The notes beneath the pieces are model-generated. The model saw only the letters and a list, made by a program, of their open reading frames with translations. It searched no databases and was not told the DNA's origin. A stretch of 64,000 nt of DNA from Camelus dromedarius (Eukaryota). Below are positions 59,009-64,000 of this stretch, in pieces; within the stretch, counting starts at the first letter, position 1; every line of letters begins with the position of its first letter. The stretch lies in the NCBI RefSeq assembly GCF_036321535.1, contig NC_087438.1:124001-188000 (forward strand). The letters are read 5' to 3'. The position numbers and the translations under genes are program-made.

Positions 59009-59014
59009 AATAAA
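59009..59014 (+). terminator. PDCD6 poly(A) signal
   Basis: AATAAA about 440 nt after the stop. Confidence 0.75.
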
Positions 59015-59814
59015 GCACACAGACCCTTGTCCCCAGCTGGCTCCTTCTGGTCGGCTGGGCTCCAAGGGTTCCGGCATCTTCCGGGGTAACCCCTGGCTCT
59101 GCTTCTGGAAATCCAGAGATTTGCCCGTCCTCCGTGATAGGAGTTGGTCTGTATTTGTACAGCGTTGGGCGCACAGATCCAGATTTGGGTTAGAAGGGGG
59201 TGGGATTTCTTTCACTTGCTAACAACGCCCCTGTGCGCCAGTGGCGGTCTGTGAGTTGCGAGCGAGAGGTGCAGCCAGTGCTGTGCCTGCCCCGTGGAAT
59301 CGCTTCAGGCTCTCCTGTCTCCCTCCCTTCGTGTGCTTCCGCAAACCAGGATTCGGGGCAGAGGCTGTGAGGGACTTGGGGTTCTGGGTGGGTGCCAGGG
59401 ATCTGTAAATGGGGCTGGGGCACCAAAAACTGGGTGTCTGTGGGGGTTCGTTTTGGGGACCTGTGCTGGGTGGGGAACTGGGGGCTGTGGCTTCCTGTCT
59501 GTGGTGTCTGTGATTGGAGGGAACGTCACTGACCACAGTATACTGGGTCGGGGTGAAGAGTCTGTGGCTCAGAGACCGGCCTTCTGAGCTAGGGGGTCGG
59601 GGGATTTCCACCCATTTCCATTTGGGGGCCTCTCTGGATTTCAACACACTCGTGAGGGCACCAGCACGTGATCCCAAGTTCTACTCCAGTGAGGTCAGTC
59701 ACAAAGTTTTTAACTTTGAGAGTCCTTCAGAACCCCAGGCCCCAGACTCCCTGAGGCCTTCATGAATCCAGAACCCAAGTTCCTGACTCCCTGAGACCTG
59801 GGACGTCTGGGTGC

Positions 59815-60234
59815 TCAGGTGGACTCAACATCTTCCAGCTGGTACTCCACCACCTCCATCTCCTCACCCCCAAGGCACCGGTAGCCTGCCTCCCTGTCCC
59901 CTGTACACAGCGGTGTCCTTCCTCCCCTGGGGGGCCCTGTGCTTAGCTGTCCCTTGACCTGCGCTGCAAGGTCCCCAAGCTTAGAGTGAGGGCGGTGGGA
60001 ATCCACCTCGCTGATCTCTGACCCCACAGGCTGCCCTCTCCCCCACCACCACTCCGCAGGCTGGCCCTGCCTTCGTCCTGGATTCCTGGGACCTGGAACC
60101 CCTCCAGCTGCTCTCAAGCAATGGTGATTCATGGCCTCGGAGCGGAACCTGCCCAGTGCACAGTCGGCGTTTGATCTCTGCAGGTCATTGGAGGCCAGCT
60201 CGCACCTGCGAGTGGCCATGCTCAGGCGCATCCC
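59815..60234 (-). CDS. Candidate unannotated gene, last exon (hypothetical)
   Basis: Pyrimidine-rich acceptor tcgtctcccttcttccttcatgcccctgaatcag|GGG ATG CGC...; 420 nt open to TGA. Confidence 0.35.
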   Translation of the reverse strand, partial: GMRLSMATRRCELASNDLQRSNADCALGRFRSEAMNHHCLRAAGGVPGPRNPGRRQGQPAEWWWGRGQPVGSEISEVDSHRPHSKLGDLAAQVKGQLSTGPPRGGRTPLCTGDREAGYRCLGGEEMEVVEYQLEDVEST

Positions 60235-60725
60235 CTGATTCAGGGGCATGAAGGAAGAAGGGGAGACGATTTTGAGAGAAGGTCTGATTGTGGGTGGGTT
60301 TTGGTCTCTCAGGGAGTGGCCATGGCACCAGTGAAAATAGTGTGGGCCTGTCAGCACCTCACAGGTGGATGGTTCAGAAGTACTCAGGTGTGAGGGACAG
60401 ACACAGGTGTGTGGTAGAGATACAGGTGTGCCATGCAGATTCGCTCAGGTGTGCGGTGCAGACGCTGCACACTGTCAGTGGAGTCCAGGGTTTTGGCCAG
60501 TGAAGGTACGTTGAGAGGCAGGTGGGGGTGTGGGGGGTGGGGACGTGGCTGCCCCCCTGGAAGGCACGAGAGGCAGGTGGCCTTAAGGGTTGGGGGTCCG
60601 TCCTGAGCCCCGTTGCTCAGCAGGCTGCAGGAAGGTAAGGACTCCCCTGGATGGGCCATGGCTGCTTGGTCTCGGAGGCCAGTCGGCCACATGGGGGCAG
60701 TGCAGTCCCACCCGGAGGGACGCAC

Positions 60726-60837
60726 CTCCCCCAGAACTGGAGCCCTGACCTCAGTGACCAGCCGGCGGGGAATGTACGGAAGCAGCAGTGCCACCAGAGG
60801 GCCCCCGGGCTGAGCTGTGAGGACAGCAGCAACTGCC
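60726..60837 (-). CDS. Candidate unannotated gene, middle exon (hypothetical)
   Basis: ccactttctag|G...GAG|gtgcgt; 112 nt, phase 2 in and phase 0 out. Confidence 0.35.
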
Positions 60838-61026
60838 CTAGAAAGTGGCCGTGAAGCACGCAGGATGCTGTGTGGCCAAGATAGTCCCCACAGAATCCCC
60901 GCTGGGTCCTCCTCCTGTCGCCCGAATCCCTCTAACCGAGGCCCCCCCACCCACAGGACCAGCCTGCTGCCCTGGGAGGCGGGGACTGGACAGGGGGCTG
61001 GGCAGGGTGTGCCCCCCTCACCTCAC

Positions 61027-61061
61027 GCCAGCTGGCAGAGTGGGGCACTGTACTGCTCCAT
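61027..61061 (-). CDS. Candidate unannotated gene, first coding exon (hypothetical; exon 61076-61027)
   Basis: Acceptor ctcacag|; Kozak gccATGg at 61061; donor GC|gtgagg, phase 2. Confidence 0.3.
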
Positions 61062-61229
61062 GGCGTTTACGAGCACCTGTGAGTGTGAGTGTACATGATT
61101 ATTTGATCACTGTCTAGAGGCTCCAGGAAGCCAGCCCACGACCACGTCTGCCTCTGAGAGTCGGCACATGTGCACCCCATGGAAAGATAGTTAAAGGTGG
61201 AGATTCTTACCTGCTGTGTGTGTCTTAAA

Positions 61230-62670
61230 CTGTGCATAACATAAAATTGCCCATTTTAACCGGTTTTAAGTGTGCTGTTATGCAGTATTAAGTACACTCA
61301 GGTGTGCCACCACCATCGCCTCTGTGACTCTTCATCCTGTAAAACTGAGCCTCTGTCCCCCTGAAAAATGCTGCCCACCCCCTCCCCCAGCCCCTGGCCC
61401 CCGCCACCCTGCTTACTGTCTCTCTGCACCTGACTCCTCTGGGTCCCTTGCACGAGTGGAATCCTACAGGGTTTGTCCCTTGCGACTGGCTTATCTCACT
61501 GAGCGTAGCGTCCTCGAGGTTCACATGTTGCAGCAGGCGTCGCAGTGCCCTTCCTCGGTAAGGCTGGAGAGTCCATTGTGTGAATGGACCACACTGTTTA
61601 TTCGCTCATCTGCTGATGGACACTTGAGTTGCTTCCACGTTTTGGCTACTGTGAATATGCTGCTGTGGATGTTGGTGTACAGATACCTCAAGACCCTGGT
61701 TTTATAGTAACTGTGTTTACTCTCGGGAGGAACTTGCATACTGTTTTCCACAGTGGTTGCACCCCTTTACATTCCTACCAATAGTGCGTAGCAATCCCAG
61801 TGTCCCCACATCCTCGCCACCTCTTGCTATGTTTTGGTAGTAGCCATCCCAACAGGTGTGAGGTGGCATCTCATTCGTGGTTTTGATCTGCATTTCCCTA
61901 ATGATCGGTGATGTTGAGCATCTTTTCATGTGCTTGCTGGCCATTCATTAGTCTTTGGAGAAATGTCTGTTCAAGACCTTTGCCCATTTTAACATTGGTT
62001 GTCTCTGATTGTTGAGTTGTAGGGTTTCTTCATATACTCTGGATATGAATTCCTTGTCAGATGAATGATCTGCAACATTTTCTCCCATTCTGTAAGTCGC
62101 CTTTTCACTCTATTGATAATGAAAACTGATTCACGAAAGTTCTAAACTTTTAAACATGGTCCTACTGTATAGCACAAGAACTATATTCAGTAACTTGTAA
62201 TAACCTCTAATGGAAAAGAATACAAAAGAGCGTATACATACGTATGTGTATAACTGAATCACGATGCTGCACACCAGAAACTAACACAACGTTGTATGTC
62301 AGTGGTACTTCATTTAAAGAAAGTTCCACATTTTGACCTAGTCTAACTTACCTTACTTTCTTTTGTTGCTTGTGCTTTCGGTGTCATATGCGTGAAATCA
62401 TCACCAGACCCAGTCACGAAGCTTTCCCCCTGTGTTATCTTCTAAGGGCTGTATTTCTACATAGGTCTTCATCCACTTTGAGGTGATTGTTGCACGTGGT
62501 GGTAGGTGAGGGTCCAGCTTCAATCTTTTCCATGTGGATGTCCATCTCCCCACCACCATTTGTTGGAAAGAAAGTCCTTTCCCTCCTGAATGATCTCAGC
62601 ACCCTTGTCAAACATCATTGACCATATGTGTGAGGGTATTTCTAAGCTCTCTTTTCTGTTCCATTGGTCT
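61230..62670 (-). mobile_element. Old LINE-1 (L1MB-like) 3' fragment
   Basis: ORF 61717..61944(-) HMKRCSTSPIIREMQIKTT and typical L1 3' UTR motifs. Confidence 0.85.
62152..62318 (+). mobile_element. Short cetartiodactyl-type L1 3' end nested within the older L1
   Basis: ggtcctactgtatagcac..actatattcag..aatggaaaagaa..gtataactgaatcac..aaactaacacaac; flanked by a degenerate direct repeat. Confidence 0.75.
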
Positions 62671-64000
62671 GTACTTACTTGTTTTATACACAAGAAAGTG
62701 AAGGCCCAGGGAGGGCCCATAGCTGGCAGAAGTCCCATGATGAGTGGTGGTTAGGCTGGGATGTGGATGTAAGGTGCCCTGGAACTTGCCCTCTTCACGC
62801 TGGGAGGTGGGGAGCACGGGGCACCTCTGGCCCGCCCATTCTTCCCACCAGACAGCACCCAGGACAGCTGCGCAGGGCCTCCTCTTGTTATGTAGGTTCA
62901 AACCAGCTGCCAGCAATTCAGAGAAGCTTTAAGATGGCAAAGTTCCCATTGAAATTGCCTTCAAACAATGCAAAGAGCCATAGAGGGAAACACCTGTCCG
63001 CAAGCCCCCAAAGGGCAAATTCCAGGGAGGCCGGGAAGATTCAGGACAGCAGTGGCAGCCAAAGGGGTTGAGGGAGGCCTGGGGGCTCCCTGTGGGGCGA
63101 GCCCTCCGCCCCTAGGCAGCTCACAGAAACCCACCACCAAGACTGTGCCTGAAGACACCCACTGCCCAAGCCCACCACTCCGTCCGTCCAGGGCAGTGCC
63201 TCCCTGTCGTGTGAAGCACAGGAAGGTCCACCCGACATTTGTACAAGGGGCGAGTCAGGGACTAGAAGAAACACCTTAGAGCCCCTGCAACCTGCAGCTG
63301 CTTATCTCAGAGACGGCTGAAGACGCTGCATGCATTAAAAAGGAATCAGTTCTAGGAGAGGGAAGTAGTACAGAATGAGAAATCACTCTTAGAAGTTAAA
63401 AATAGAGTATTTGGAAATATCTAGAAGGGAAAAAGTTAAGGACTAGAGAAAACTGTAGGGAGGAAAAATTCAAAACAACAAAGGGGCATTTTCCAGGGCT
63501 AAGGCTGGTGAGGTGAATTTGATGGACAGGCTGCAGGGAGGACCACAAAACCCCGGCACAAGGAGGGAGGACACAGGTGCAGGGCATGGGCAAGGGGCCG
63601 GAGCTCAGACACGTGGAGGGAAGCGGTTTCCAAGCTGAACGTCCTGGGTGAATCAGGAGATAGTTTCCGATAAATGTTCCTCCCACATTCCATTCCTTTA
63701 ACTGGGCGGTTGCTGGAGGGTGTGCTCCAGCACAACGGAGTGAGTGGACCTCGAGGAGGCTGGCTGAGCGGGCAGTGGCCTGGAGGGACCTTCTGTGTGG
63801 GGTGTGGGGGCTGAGATGGGCTGACTCATGGAGCTGCCGAAGGATGTGGAGGGCAGGCAGTTTCAAAGAAAACCAGGCAAGTGAGTCATTGTTCACTGGG
63901 GGCTGGGGTTGTGCAAGAAAGGAAATAACTCTGGGGAGCTGGCCTCTCCCCACTCCTTCCGCCCCCCCCCCCCCACTGCCCCCACAGTGGCTGATTCTGG

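Noticed and set aside
62671..62740. Strong minus-strand donor (gtaagtac) as a further exon of the candidate gene
   Set aside because: It coincides with the degenerate L1 boundary, and no convincing acceptor or frame was found.
63280..63953. 185-aa minus-strand ORF and purine-rich tract
   Set aside because: Resembles the antisense of an ancient L1-like remnant; no splice or coding support.

Overview
Mammalian (not prokaryotic) GC-rich genomic DNA containing the conserved LRRC14B-CCDC127-SDHA-PDCD6 block. All four genes could be reconstructed exon by exon with GT-AG junctions and open frames: LRRC14B (+, 2 exons, 511 aa), CCDC127 (-, 2 coding exons, 263 aa), SDHA (+, 15 exons, about 664 aa) and PDCD6/ALG-2 (+, 6 exons, 189 aa). 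CCDC127 and SDHA share a head-to-head CpG-island promoter with three NRF1-type motifs. Interspersed repeats are L1 fragments, ERV LTRs and MER DNA-transposon fossils, identified from recalled consensus rather than a search. A cetartiodactyl-type L1 3' end and no recognised ruminant, pig or whale SINEs suggest a camelid-like species (inference). The most notable unexplained signal is a candidate 3-exon, 188-aa minus-strand gene (61061..59815) tail-to-tail with PDCD6, with phase-compatible splice sites and a strong Kozak ATG. Smaller observations include a triple CAG acceptor in SDHA, a duplicated CCDC127 acceptor, no canonical SDHA poly(A) signal near the stop, and a MEF2/E-box muscle promoter at LRRC14B.
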